Shown here in pieces: positions 13,681-22,967 of a DNA stretch of 64,000 bases (the first letter of the stretch is position 1; the number at the start of each line of letters is the position of its first letter). Origin of the DNA: Micrococcales bacterium. Lineage in GTDB: Bacteria; Actinomycetota; Actinomycetes; Actinomycetales; Microbacteriaceae. Position numbers and translations under genes: made by a program. The DNA lies in assembly GCA_017306245.1 (NCBI GenBank), contig JAFKIY010000002.1, forward strand, positions 145,412 to 209,411, written 5' to 3'. The notes beneath the pieces are model-generated. The model was not told where the DNA came from. It saw only the letters and a list, made by a program, of their open reading frames with translations, and made no database searches.

Positions 13681-15342
13681 ATGAACAAGCAAGTACATGA
13701 AATTCCGGTCATGACGGCGGAGGAGAGCCTTCGTCCGGGACCGGTTGCCGGCGGGGCGAGCCCTGCCGCCGCCGTAACACCACCGGTCACGCCGACGCCT
13801 TATCAGACGGCACCGCCGCCGACGGTGCCCGGCGCTCCGAGTCCGCAGGTGGTCGTTCCGCCCGCTCAGCAGCAGGCGCCAGCGCCAGCGCCAGCGGCTC
13901 CGCCTCCTGCAGCTCCGCTGCCGCCGATGGCGCCGCCGGTCGCAGCGCCTCCGCCCACGGCAGCGCCGCCCGCTCCGGCACCGCTTCCCACGCTGGCACC
14001 GCCGCAGGCTGCCCCTGCTCCTTCCGCGCCGGCGCCCGTTGCGCAGGCTGCTCCCGCGCCGACTTCGCCGGCCGAGGGCACCGCAGACTCGAGTCCGGCG
14101 ATCCCGCTGATGGCGCCGCCCAGCCTGGAGACGCTTCTGGAGGACATCGATCCACTCGGGCGGGTGGAAACCGGGTACTCGCCGCATCCGAACGCCGACC
14201 CTGACCTCATCTCTGCGCTGCAGGAAGTCGTCCGGCTCACCGCGTCCGACCTGCACGTCACGTCGAACGCACCGCCGATGCTGCGCATCGATGGGGCGCT
14301 GCAACCCGTGGAGGGAGCCGAGGTCTGGGGTCGCGACCGCGTGACCAAGGCGCTCCAGAGCCTTCTCACGAAGTCGCAGAGGGAGACATTCGAGAAGGAA
14401 CTGGAACTCGACTTCGCGTTCGCCGTATCCGAGAACGCGCGATTCCGCGTGAACTTCTACCAGCAGCGGGACGCGATCGGTGGCGCCTTCCGGCTCATCC
14501 CCACCGAAATCAAGCCGCTCGAGCAGCTGGGGGTTCCGGATACGGTTGCCCGCTTCGCGACGCTGGCCCGCGGACTGGTTCTCGTGACCGGTCCAACCGG
14601 TTCGGGAAAGTCGACCACACTCGCGGCGCTGATCGACCTCGTGAACCGCACGCGGACCGACCACATCGTCACGGTCGAAGACCCGATCGAGTTCATGCAC
14701 GGCAACAAGCGCTCGCTCATCAACCAGCGCGAGGTCGGGAGCGACACGCACAGCTTCAGCCAGGCGCTCAAGCACGTGCTTCGGCAGGACCCGGATGTGA
14801 TCCTCATCGGCGAGCTCCGCGACCTCGAGACCATCTCCGTCGCGTTGACCGCGGCCGAGACCGGCCACCTGGTGTTCGCGACGCTGCACACGCAGGATGC
14901 CGCACAGACCGTGGACCGCGTGATCGACGTATTCCCGCCCCATCAGCAGGATCAGGTGCGCGCCCAGCTTGCTGCGACCCTGCAGGGCGTCGTCTGCCAG
15001 ACGCTCATCAAGGTCGCCAGCGGCAAGGGCCGCGTGGTGGCCACGGAGGTCATGCTCATGACACCCGCCATCTCGAACCTGATCCGCGAGGGGAAGACGT
15101 ACCAGATCCCGACCGCACTCCAGGCCGGGCGCGAGCTGGGCATGTTCACGATGGACCAGCATTTGGCCGAGCTCGTCGACAAGGGCAAGATCACGCACGC
15201 TGCGGCGATCGAGAAAGCTCACGACCTCGAAGGCCTCAAGCGGCTGATCCACCGCGCGGACCCGGGCGGCGGGGAAGTTGCGTCCCAGATGGCTGCCGCC
15301 GCCGCGGACTTCGGCGACGGCTTCACCCGGAAGGCGCACTGA
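13681..15342 (+). CDS. pilT: PilT-family twitching-motility (retraction) ATPase with Pro/Ala-rich N-terminal extension
   Basis: ORF 13651..15342. The ATG at 13681 follows GAGGGGGA. Contains Walker A GPTGSGKSTT and the PilT signature PAISNLIREGK. The first approximately 175 aa are low-complexity P/A-rich. Confidence 0.85.
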   Translation: MNKQVHEIPVMTAEESLRPGPVAGGASPAAAVTPPVTPTPYQTAPPPTVPGAPSPQVVVPPAQQQAPAPAPAAPPPAAPLPPMAPPVAAPPPTAAPPAPAPLPTLAPPQAAPAPSAPAPVAQAAPAPTSPAEGTADSSPAIPLMAPPSLETLLEDIDPLGRVETGYSPHPNADPDLISALQEVVRLTASDLHVTSNAPPMLRIDGALQPVEGAEVWGRDRVTKALQSLLTKSQRETFEKELELDFAFAVSENARFRVNFYQQRDAIGGAFRLIPTEIKPLEQLGVPDTVARFATLARGLVLVTGPTGSGKSTTLAALIDLVNRTRTDHIVTVEDPIEFMHGNKRSLINQREVGSDTHSFSQALKHVLRQDPDVILIGELRDLETISVALTAAETGHLVFATLHTQDAAQTVDRVIDVFPPHQQDQVRAQLAATLQGVVCQTLIKVASGKGRVVATEVMLMTPAISNLIREGKTYQIPTALQAGRELGMFTMDQHLAELVDKGKITHAAAIEKAHDLEGLKRLIHRADPGGGEVASQMAAAAADFGDGFTRKAH

Positions 15343-15343
15343 C

Positions 15344-16576
15344 ATGGCAACCGCAGCGACCTACACCTACAAGGGCCGTGACACCGAAGGCAAACTCGTC
15401 AAGGGCCGCATCGACGCCATGACGGAGGGGGCGGTCGCGAACCGCCTGCGGACCATGGGCATCTCGCCGCTGTCCATCCAGGAGGCGTCGGGCGGCACCG
15501 GCCTCCAGATGGAAATCAACCTGGGTTCGTTCGGCAGCAAGGTCAAGCTCAAGGATCTCGCGATCATGAGCCGCCAGATGGCGACCATGATCACGTCCGG
15601 TCTTTCGCTCCTGAGGACGCTCAACATCATCACCGAGCAGACCGAGAGCAAGGAGCTGAAGAAGATCCTCGGCTCGATCACCCGCGAGGTCGAGTCCGGT
15701 TCGTCGCTGTCGGATGCGGCGGCGCGGCACGACCGCGTTTTCCCGCCCATCATGATCAGCCTCATCCGGGCCGGCGAGACCGGCGGATTCCTCGACAACG
15801 CGCTGCTGTCCGTGGCGAAAAACTTCGAGGCGGAAGTCAAGCTGCGCGGGACGATCAAATCCGCGATGACCTACCCGGTGATCGTGTTCATCATGGCGAT
15901 CATCTCGGTCATCGCAATGCTCGTGTTCATCGTGCCGATCTTCAAGAAGATGTTCGAGGGGTTCGGCGGCGAGCTGCCGTTGCCTACGCAGATCCTCGTG
16001 TGGCTCTCCGCCCAGATGTGGTGGTTCCTGCCGATTCTCATTGTCGCGTCGATCGTGTTCTCCGTCTGGTGGGGCAGGAACAAGAACGCGGAGCGCGTGC
16101 GGAAGGTTGTCGACCCGCTCAAGCTCAAGCTGCCGGTGTTCGGCAATCTGTTCCGAAAGATCGCGATTGCCAGGTTCAGCCGCAACTTCTCGGCGATGAT
16201 GGCGGCCGGCGTTCCGATCCTCCAGGTGCTCACGATCGTGGGCGAAACCTCAGGCAACTGGGTGATGGAGGAGGCCCTCCGTAAGGTCGCCGAGTCCGTG
16301 CGTCAGGGCAAAACGGTGGCGGAACCACTCTCCCACGAGAAGGTGTTTCCCTCCATGGTCACGCAGATGGTCGCGGTGGGTGAAGATGCCGGCGCGCTCG
16401 AGCAGATGCTGGCGAAGATCGCCGACTTCTACGACGAAGAGGTGCAGTCTGCGACGGAATCGCTCACGGCGAGCATCGAGCCGCTCATGATCGCGTTCCT
16501 CGGCGTTGTCGTGGGTGGAATGATCGTGGCGCTGTACCTGCCGATCTTCAACATCTTCACGCTGTTGAACAAGTAG
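15344..16576 (+). CDS. pilC: Type IV pilus platform protein PilC (GspF family)
   Basis: ORF 15278..16576. The ATG at 15344 is 1 nt after the pilT stop. Two GspF-type repeats and 3 TM segments (MATAATYTYKGRDTEGKLVKG...). Confidence 0.9.
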   Translation: MATAATYTYKGRDTEGKLVKGRIDAMTEGAVANRLRTMGISPLSIQEASGGTGLQMEINLGSFGSKVKLKDLAIMSRQMATMITSGLSLLRTLNIITEQTESKELKKILGSITREVESGSSLSDAAARHDRVFPPIMISLIRAGETGGFLDNALLSVAKNFEAEVKLRGTIKSAMTYPVIVFIMAIISVIAMLVFIVPIFKKMFEGFGGELPLPTQILVWLSAQMWWFLPILIVASIVFSVWWGRNKNAERVRKVVDPLKLKLPVFGNLFRKIAIARFSRNFSAMMAAGVPILQVLTIVGETSGNWVMEEALRKVAESVRQGKTVAEPLSHEKVFPSMVTQMVAVGEDAGALEQMLAKIADFYDEEVQSATESLTASIEPLMIAFLGVVVGGMIVALYLPIFNIFTLLNK

Positions 16577-16748
16577 CACCGTGCACAACTGAATATCGGG
16601 CTCCGTTGCCCCCAGCACTGGGGGCGTGGAAATGCCGGATGTGCCCCCTTTGCGGGATTACATACGGCGGGAACCGGGGCCACCATGTTTGAGGGGGGTC
16701 AATTGGGGGCCCTGTCCATGTTCCTTACTACAAGACAGGAAAAGTAAA

Positions 16749-17174
16749 ATGTTGCTTCGTATGAATAAGGCGCTGAATGACCGGCGCAAGGGCCTTAAGC
16801 GCGAAGAGGGCTTCACCCTCATCGAGCTTCTGGTCGTCGTCATCATCATCGGTATCCTCGCGGCCATCGCGATCCCGATCTACATCAACGTTCAGAACAG
16901 TGCTACGGACAGCGGTGTGAAGTCCGACCTGGCGAACGCGAAGATCGCGGTCGTCGCCTGGTTCACTGACAACCCGGCGACTGCGCCGACGCTGAGCACG
17001 GCAGTGCTTGGTGCTTATGGCTACACGGAAGGTGACGGGCTCTCTGTTACACCGCACTTCGTGGGTGGCGATCCCGGCACTCCTGGTGCATCCTTCTGCA
17101 TCGAGGCTACGTCGAACACCACGCACGTGTTCCACGTGACCGACAGCCAGGGCGTTCAGGACGGCGCTTGCTAG
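16749..17174 (+). CDS. pilA: Type IV major pilin (prepilin)
   Basis: ATG at 16749 (or 16761). Class III signal KREEG|FTLIELLVVVIIIGILAAIAIP with Glu5. Small mature protein of about 120 aa with a C-terminal Cys pair (FCIEATS...DGAC). Confidence 0.85.
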   Translation: MLLRMNKALNDRRKGLKREEGFTLIELLVVVIIIGILAAIAIPIYINVQNSATDSGVKSDLANAKIAVVAWFTDNPATAPTLSTAVLGAYGYTEGDGLSVTPHFVGGDPGTPGASFCIEATSNTTHVFHVTDSQGVQDGAC

Positions 17175-17191
17175 TAGGAATGCTTTAGCCC

Positions 17192-17228
17192 GCTGATGGG
17201 ATGCCACCCGGTGTGGCATCCCATCAGC
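17192..17228 (+). terminator. Strong hairpin 3' of the pilin gene
   Basis: gctgatgggatgccac-ccggt-gtggcatcccatcagc, a 16-bp perfect stem, starts 18 nt after the stop. No T-tract (I-shaped). Confidence 0.6.
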
Positions 17229-17307
17229 AGCCGTTAACTCCGATACCAGCCACCCGAAGGTGTCGTAGTTCCACTTTTCGAAAACCAATACCCTGGGGGG
17301 TGGAAGC

Positions 17308-18687
17308 GTGAAGGCTCTACGCAGAAGGCTCGCGAAGCAGTCAGCGGAGGCCGGACTCAGCCTCATCGAAGTCATCGTCGCCATGATGGTGTTTGCGCTC
17401 ATCGCGACAGGCATCGGCTACACGATGATCGCGGCCCTCAACCTCACCCAGGACTCCACCGCCCGCCAGCAGGCGGCGAACCTCGCTTCTCAGGAGATCG
17501 ACCTCACGCGGTCGATCGACAACCTGTTCAATCTCGTGGACAAGACCACAACCGAAACCATCAACGGCATCACCTACACGATCAAGCGCACCGCGCGCTG
17601 GGTCTCTGACCCGAATGTGGATCAGCGCTGCGGCGCCGGCGGCGGAATTCTTCGCTACAAGCGCGTGAATGTGACCGTGGCCTGGACGGGAATGACCTCC
17701 GCCACGCCGACCGTTCATGCCGACACGGTCATCGACCCCGGCGTTCGAATCAACAATCCTGATCTCGGTACTGTTCTCATCACCGTGTCCGATTCATCCG
17801 GCGGACCGGTGGCCGGCGCAACCGTCACGGTCACGCCGGCCACGCCGGCGAACGGCGCGACCTCGCTCGCGTCCCAGCCCGCCGTCACGGACTCCCTCGG
17901 CTGCACGTACGCGCTCATGGTCAATCCGGGCAATTACGACGTCACGGTCACCAAGTCCGGATACGTCGACGTGACGCAGAACGCGACGCCCTCTGTTCTC
18001 GTGAGCGTCGCCAAGAGCTCGGCAAGCTCGGCGATGGTCACGATCGATCAGGGTGCAACCTTTCCGGTCACCTACGCCACCAACTACAGCGGTCCGAGCA
18101 TCGTCCCAGGCAACCTCGACGCGAGCTTCGTGAGCACGTACGGGACGAGCGTGAAACCGAATGCTCCCAGTTCCGTCACGATGTTCCCGTTCCCCGCCGG
18201 CTACCAGGTGCTCGCCGGCGTCTACAACGACCCGACTACTCCGGCGAACTTCTGCAAGTCGGTGGACCCGGCGGAGTGGCCGGCAGGAGACACCGCGGGA
18301 GTCGACTATCTTGCCGGTGTGCGACCGGCGGCGGTCGCCGCAGTGCCCGGAGGCACCGCAGACCCCGCTGCGGTTCCGATGGGCGTTGTGACTGTGCAAA
18401 TGCCGGTATGGCCCCGGTACCTGCTTGCCGTATCCCAGAGCTCCGGGCCAAGCGGAACCGCGGACCCCGGCTGCGATGTCGTGAAGCAGTATTCCTTCGG
18501 GTTGCGCGGTGCAGCCGAAAACGTGACCATCGCGCTCCCGTTCGGGTCGTGGAAGCTGTACGCCTCCTGGAGTTCGTCGACCCCGTACAGCCAACTCTCG
18601 ATTTCCAGCCTCACGCCGCAGACGGCAGCGCAGCTGACCTCCTCGGGGGACATCCTGACGCTGGATCCGCGCGAGGTCGAGCCGTGA
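17308..18687 (+). CDS. Large prepilin-type minor pilin with carboxypeptidase-regulatory-like beta-sandwich domain
   Basis: 459-aa ORF with GTG start. Prepilin motif SAEAG|LSLIEVIVAMMVF. Internal VSDSSGGPVAGATVTVTP...GNYDVTVTKSGYVDV resembles the CarboxypepD_reg fold. Confidence 0.7.
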   Translation: MKALRRRLAKQSAEAGLSLIEVIVAMMVFALIATGIGYTMIAALNLTQDSTARQQAANLASQEIDLTRSIDNLFNLVDKTTTETINGITYTIKRTARWVSDPNVDQRCGAGGGILRYKRVNVTVAWTGMTSATPTVHADTVIDPGVRINNPDLGTVLITVSDSSGGPVAGATVTVTPATPANGATSLASQPAVTDSLGCTYALMVNPGNYDVTVTKSGYVDVTQNATPSVLVSVAKSSASSAMVTIDQGATFPVTYATNYSGPSIVPGNLDASFVSTYGTSVKPNAPSSVTMFPFPAGYQVLAGVYNDPTTPANFCKSVDPAEWPAGDTAGVDYLAGVRPAAVAAVPGGTADPAAVPMGVVTVQMPVWPRYLLAVSQSSGPSGTADPGCDVVKQYSFGLRGAAENVTIALPFGSWKLYASWSSSTPYSQLSISSLTPQTAAQLTSSGDILTLDPREVEP

Positions 18688-19379
18688 ACGCTCGCATAGC
18701 GAACCTTCGCCGCCTGCGCGAGGATCAGAATGGGCTCGGCATCGTCGAGATCATGATTACCCTGGTGATCCTCGCCATCGTTCTTACCCTCATCACCGGA
18801 ATGTTCATGAGCACGTCACGCGTCGTGGCAACCGGGACGTCGATCAACACGAGCACGAAAGCGGCATCCCTCGGACTGAACGAGCTGTCCAAGGCATTGC
18901 GCTTTGCGGCCAGCAATCCGGTATCCGGTCAGGCGGTGGACGATCCGGCGTTTGTCACGGCCAAGAGCAATCTGCTCACCGTGATCAGCTACATCGATGT
19001 GAATCCGGCGAGCCCGAAGCCCACCAAGCTCGCGTTCACCATTGACGGACAGGGTCGGCTCATTGAAGTTCGGTACAACTCCTACGCGGTGTCGAGCGGA
19101 TTCTGGGCGTTCCAGTCGACCGCGGCCTCCACCCGCATTCTGACCGGGGCTCTCGTTCCGCCGACCGGTTCCGAACCACCGCTCTTCACCTACCTGGACT
19201 CCAACAACGCTCCGCTCACGATGCCGGGAACCGGCCTCACCGCGGCGCAGCTGCCCACAGTCGCCGCCGTGCAGGTGTACTTCAAACTCAAGTCCGATGA
19301 CGCATCCTCCGGAAACCCGGTGGCGTTCCAAAGCGTGATCGGCCTGCCGAATCTGGGAATCAACAGGACGGGACAGTAA
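18684..19379 (+). CDS. Prepilin-type minor pilin
   Basis: ORF 18276..19379. The GTG at 18684 overlaps the upstream stop (GTGA). Motif EDQNG|LGIVEIMITLVILAIV with Glu5. Confidence 0.65.
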   Translation: MNARIANLRRLREDQNGLGIVEIMITLVILAIVLTLITGMFMSTSRVVATGTSINTSTKAASLGLNELSKALRFAASNPVSGQAVDDPAFVTAKSNLLTVISYIDVNPASPKPTKLAFTIDGQGRLIEVRYNSYAVSSGFWAFQSTAASTRILTGALVPPTGSEPPLFTYLDSNNAPLTMPGTGLTAAQLPTVAAVQVYFKLKSDDASSGNPVAFQSVIGLPNLGINRTGQ

Positions 19380-19381
19380 CC

Positions 19382-21097
19382 ATGCTGACACTCGCGAAAG
19401 CCCGTCTGGGTCGCTCAGAACGTGGATTTGCGCTCATCATCGTCATCGCCATCGGAGCCGTTCTCATGATCCTCGCCACGGTCGCCGTCACCGCGTCGAT
19501 CAGCGGAACCATGAAAGCACGACAGGATCAGGCGGCGAATGCCGCGCTGTCCGCGGCGTACGCTGGCGTCGAGGAATATCAGAGCCGGCTCTCCAACGAC
19601 AGTTTCTACGTTCAATACGGCAATCCCGCCGCCACATTCACAGGGTCGAGCGCCGTGACTCTGCCGACCGGCACGCAGGTGAACCCGGCGTTCGGAATCG
19701 GCACGAGCGGAACCTGGGCGGATGTCGCCGGCAGCGGGGGGACCGCCAAATACCGGTACGAGGTGAACACGGAAGACTACTTCGACACGGGTGTCATCCG
19801 GGTGCGCTCCACCGGCCTCGTGAACGGCGTGACGCGCAGCGTGGTCGCGGACCTGCGCCAGACCGGCTTCATCGACTTCCTGTACTTCACCGATTACGAG
19901 ATTCAGGACCCCGAAATCAGCGGGGAGCCTGCCAGCTGCGTCCAGTACGAGTGGGCCGGGCGCTCCTCGAGCTGCGGCCGAATCCGTTTCGCGCCGAACG
20001 ACGTGATCAACGGACCGCTGCACTCGAACGACACCCTCCTCATCTGCGAAGCGAATTTTAACGGCAAAGTCACCACGTCGAACAGCATCGATCAGGGCGG
20101 TGGCCGCCTCTACGACATTCCGAGCGGATGCGGCACGGCGAACTTCAACTCCGGCGGGCTCGCCTACTCGAACAGCGTCGGCATGCCAGCAACGAACTCG
20201 CAGATGAAGCGCGAGGTGCGCTCGGATCTTACGACCTCCGGCGTCCCGCGGCCTGGCTGCCTCTACACCGGGCCGACGAGCATCGAGTTCAACGGCGACG
20301 GAACGATGACCGTGCGATCGCCGTGGACGAAGAAGACCCAGGTGACGGGGGATTCGGCAACCGGCGGATCCACCCCGGCCATGTGCGGATCGATTTCGAG
20401 TCTTCGCTCCTCCGGAGGGGCGACCATCAACGTTCTCGACCGGAACATGGTGTACGTGCAAAACGTGCCGACGGTGAAAACGGATGTCAACTACTGGGGC
20501 AAGAAGGAAAGCGGCCGGCCGTCCTGTGATTCCAACGGCAACCCGCTCGGCTATCCGATCTCCAACGAGGATGCGAGTTCGTCTGCCTACGGATGCCAGA
20601 ACGGAGATGTCTTCGTCGAGGGGACGATGCACGGCCAGTTGACCGTCGCCGCCGAGAACTACGTCTACATCACGGGAGATCTCATTTACAAGAACGACAG
20701 CACAGACATCCTCGGCCTCGTCGGGAACAACGCCGTGTGGGTGTGGAATCCGATGAACCGCTGGGGCAACAAACTGCTGTCCGGGTCCAACCGTGAAATC
20801 GATGCGGCAATCATCTCGGTGCTCCACACGTTCCAGGTGCAGAACTTCCGGTACACGGGCAACCGCGGCACGCTCACCGTGAAGGGCGCGATCGCCCAGA
20901 AGTTCCGCGGGCCGGTCGGTACCGGTTACAGCGACGGCACCATTGCGAGCGGCTACGCGAAGGATTACAACTACGATCCGCGGTTCCGGTACACGGCGCC
21001 GCCGAAGTTCCTGTCGCCGGTGACGACGACGTACGGCGTTACCACGTGGATGGACACGCCGGCGGCCATGAACGCGGACGGCAGCTATCGGCCATGA
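19382..21097 (+). CDS. Large PilX/GspK-like minor pilin lacking Glu5 (candidate tip protein)
   Basis: 571-aa ORF. N-terminus RSERG|FALIIVIAIGAVLMILATVAV resembles a PilX N-terminal domain, with Ile at +5. The large C-terminal region has no motif I recognise. Confidence 0.6.
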   Translation: MLTLAKARLGRSERGFALIIVIAIGAVLMILATVAVTASISGTMKARQDQAANAALSAAYAGVEEYQSRLSNDSFYVQYGNPAATFTGSSAVTLPTGTQVNPAFGIGTSGTWADVAGSGGTAKYRYEVNTEDYFDTGVIRVRSTGLVNGVTRSVVADLRQTGFIDFLYFTDYEIQDPEISGEPASCVQYEWAGRSSSCGRIRFAPNDVINGPLHSNDTLLICEANFNGKVTTSNSIDQGGGRLYDIPSGCGTANFNSGGLAYSNSVGMPATNSQMKREVRSDLTTSGVPRPGCLYTGPTSIEFNGDGTMTVRSPWTKKTQVTGDSATGGSTPAMCGSISSLRSSGGATINVLDRNMVYVQNVPTVKTDVNYWGKKESGRPSCDSNGNPLGYPISNEDASSSAYGCQNGDVFVEGTMHGQLTVAAENYVYITGDLIYKNDSTDILGLVGNNAVWVWNPMNRWGNKLLSGSNREIDAAIISVLHTFQVQNFRYTGNRGTLTVKGAIAQKFRGPVGTGYSDGTIASGYAKDYNYDPRFRYTAPPKFLSPVTTTYGVTTWMDTPAAMNADGSYRP

Positions 21098-21912
21098 CTG
21101 AACCGACGAGCGGCGTCGTCCTGATCGTCGCCATCATTGTCGGCGTGCTCGGACTCGCGATCGGCTCGTTCCTGAACGTCGTGGTGTGGCGCGTCCCCAA
21201 TGGGATGTCGCTCAGTTCACCGCCGAGCGCCTGCCCGAAATGCCAGCACCCGATCCGCGCCAGGGACAACATCCCGGTCGTGTCCTGGCTGATCCTGCGC
21301 GGCAAATGCCGGGATTGCGCTCAGCCGATCTCCATCCGGTACCCGCTCATCGAGCTGGGGACCGCTCTGGCATTCGTCGGAGTCGCACTGTGGTCGGCGG
21401 TTCAGCCCACCGGGTTCTGGCTGCTGCCGGCGTATCTCTATTTCGCGGCGGTGTCCATCGCGCTCGCCCTCATCGACCTCGACACGAGGAAACTTCCGAA
21501 TCGCATCGTGGTGCCCTCCATCGCGCTCGTCGGAATCCTCCTGGCGGTGGCGAGTTTCGCCACGGGAGACTGGTTCGCGCTCCTGTGGGCCGTCGTGGCC
21601 GGTGCAGCACTTTTCGCGTTCTATCTTCTCCTTGTGGTCATCTACCCGAGCGGGATGGGATTCGGAGACGTCAAGTTGGCGGCGGTGGTGGGCCTCGCGC
21701 TGGGGTACCTCGGATGGGGTTCTTTGCTTGTGGGCGCATTTGCTGCATTCTTACTGGGGGGGATTTTTTCTGTCGTTCTTCTGGCCACCGGCCGGGCGAC
21801 ACGCAAGACGGGGATTCCCTTCGGCCCATGGATGCTGTTGGGTGCATGGGTGGGAATAGTTTTTGGACGTGAGATTTCACAGGGGTATCTCACTCTGGTC
21901 GGAATCAGTTAG
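21094..21912 (+). CDS. pilD: Prepilin peptidase / N-methyltransferase (A24 family)
   Basis: ORF 21046..21912. The ATG at 21094 overlaps the upstream stop (ATGA). Contains CPKC...CRDC zinc motifs, the active-site GMGFGDVKL and multiple TM helices. Confidence 0.9.
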   Translation: MTEPTSGVVLIVAIIVGVLGLAIGSFLNVVVWRVPNGMSLSSPPSACPKCQHPIRARDNIPVVSWLILRGKCRDCAQPISIRYPLIELGTALAFVGVALWSAVQPTGFWLLPAYLYFAAVSIALALIDLDTRKLPNRIVVPSIALVGILLAVASFATGDWFALLWAVVAGAALFAFYLLLVVIYPSGMGFGDVKLAAVVGLALGYLGWGSLLVGAFAAFLLGGIFSVVLLATGRATRKTGIPFGPWMLLGAWVGIVFGREISQGYLTLVGIS

Positions 21913-21917
21913 GGGAT

Positions 21918-22967
21918 GTGATGGCCAGCACGCAACTCGTCGGAGTGGATATCGGCTCCGCAAGCATCAGGGCGGTGGAGGTGACCGGCGTCGGTTCGAA
22001 GCGCCCATCAGTCGCCCGGTTCTTCTCGCTCCCTCTGCCGGAGGGCGCGGTCAAGAACGGTGAGGTCCTCGAGGTCAACACCGTCGCCGCAGCGCTTCGG
22101 CAACTGTGGAATACCGCCAAGTTCGGGAGCAAGGAAGTCATCCTCGGTGTCGGAAACGCGAAAGTCCTGGTTCGCGACCTCTCGGTCCCGAAGCTCAGCC
22201 AGCAAGAGATTCGCGAATCCCTTCCCACCCACGTGCAGGAGATGCTTCCGGTTCCCGTGGCTGACGCCCTGCTCGACTTCTACCCGATTTCGGAGAGCGC
22301 GACCGAGGGTGGGCCGATCGTCAACGGTCTGCTCGTCGCGGCGATCAAGGACTCGGTGCTCGCCAACGTGAAAGCGGTTCAATTGGCGGGGCTCGATCCT
22401 GTAGGAGTCGACCTCATTCCGTTCGCGCTCACCAGGCTCACGTCGCCGTCCCGCATGATCGGGAATGTGGCCCACATCGACATCGGCGCCCGCACCACCA
22501 ATGTGATCGTGACGAGCGGCGGGATTCCCCAGTTCGTGCGCATCATCGCCAACGGCGGCCACGACCTCACGACGGCGCTCATCGACCGACTCAACATCTC
22601 GGAGGCGGAAGCCGAACAGACGAAGCGATCCCTCGGGCTGGGCGGCGTGACGGTACCGCCTGAGCAGGCGCCGACGATCGCGATCATTCGCGAAGTAACG
22701 GGGAACCTTCTCACGAGCCTCAAGAACACGCTCAGCTTCTTCGCGAATACTCGGCAGAACGAGCCCTATTCGGGCATCGTCCTCACCGGCGGCGGTGCAC
22801 AGCTTCTCGGGTTCGCGGACGCGCTCTCGGAAATGACCCGCATCCCGGTCGTCCTCGGCGACACGTTCGGAAGCATCGAGGTGGCGCGCGACGCGTCGAG
22901 GGGTTCGCAGAGCCAGCTCGGCATGAACGTGGCGCTCGGTTTGGCGCTGGGGGGTGCAGCAGCATGA
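21918..22967 (+). CDS. pilM: Type IV pilus assembly protein PilM (actin-like ATPase fold)
   Basis: 349-aa ORF. LVGVDIGSASIRAVEV phosphate-1-like motif. Length and position immediately upstream of pilN/pilO fit PilM. Confidence 0.85.
   Translation: MMASTQLVGVDIGSASIRAVEVTGVGSKRPSVARFFSLPLPEGAVKNGEVLEVNTVAAALRQLWNTAKFGSKEVILGVGNAKVLVRDLSVPKLSQQEIRESLPTHVQEMLPVPVADALLDFYPISESATEGGPIVNGLLVAAIKDSVLANVKAVQLAGLDPVGVDLIPFALTRLTSPSRMIGNVAHIDIGARTTNVIVTSGGIPQFVRIIANGGHDLTTALIDRLNISEAEAEQTKRSLGLGGVTVPPEQAPTIAIIREVTGNLLTSLKNTLSFFANTRQNEPYSGIVLTGGGAQLLGFADALSEMTRIPVVLGDTFGSIEVARDASRGSQSQLGMNVALGLALGGAAA

Noticed and set aside
13609-15345. 578-aa ORF antisense to pilT, plus similar antisense ORFs 50384..52507, 53360..54994 and 62317..63957
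   Set aside because: Same GC-driven artefact. The opposite strand carries clear PilT, RpsI/GlmM, GlmS and solute-binding protein sequences.
16577-16748. Sigma-54 (GG-N10-GC) promoter for the pilin gene, as in many Gram-negative pilA genes
   Set aside because: No TGGCAC-N5-TTGC-like element is seen, and actinobacteria generally lack RpoN. I found only weak sigma-70-like matches and did not annotate them.
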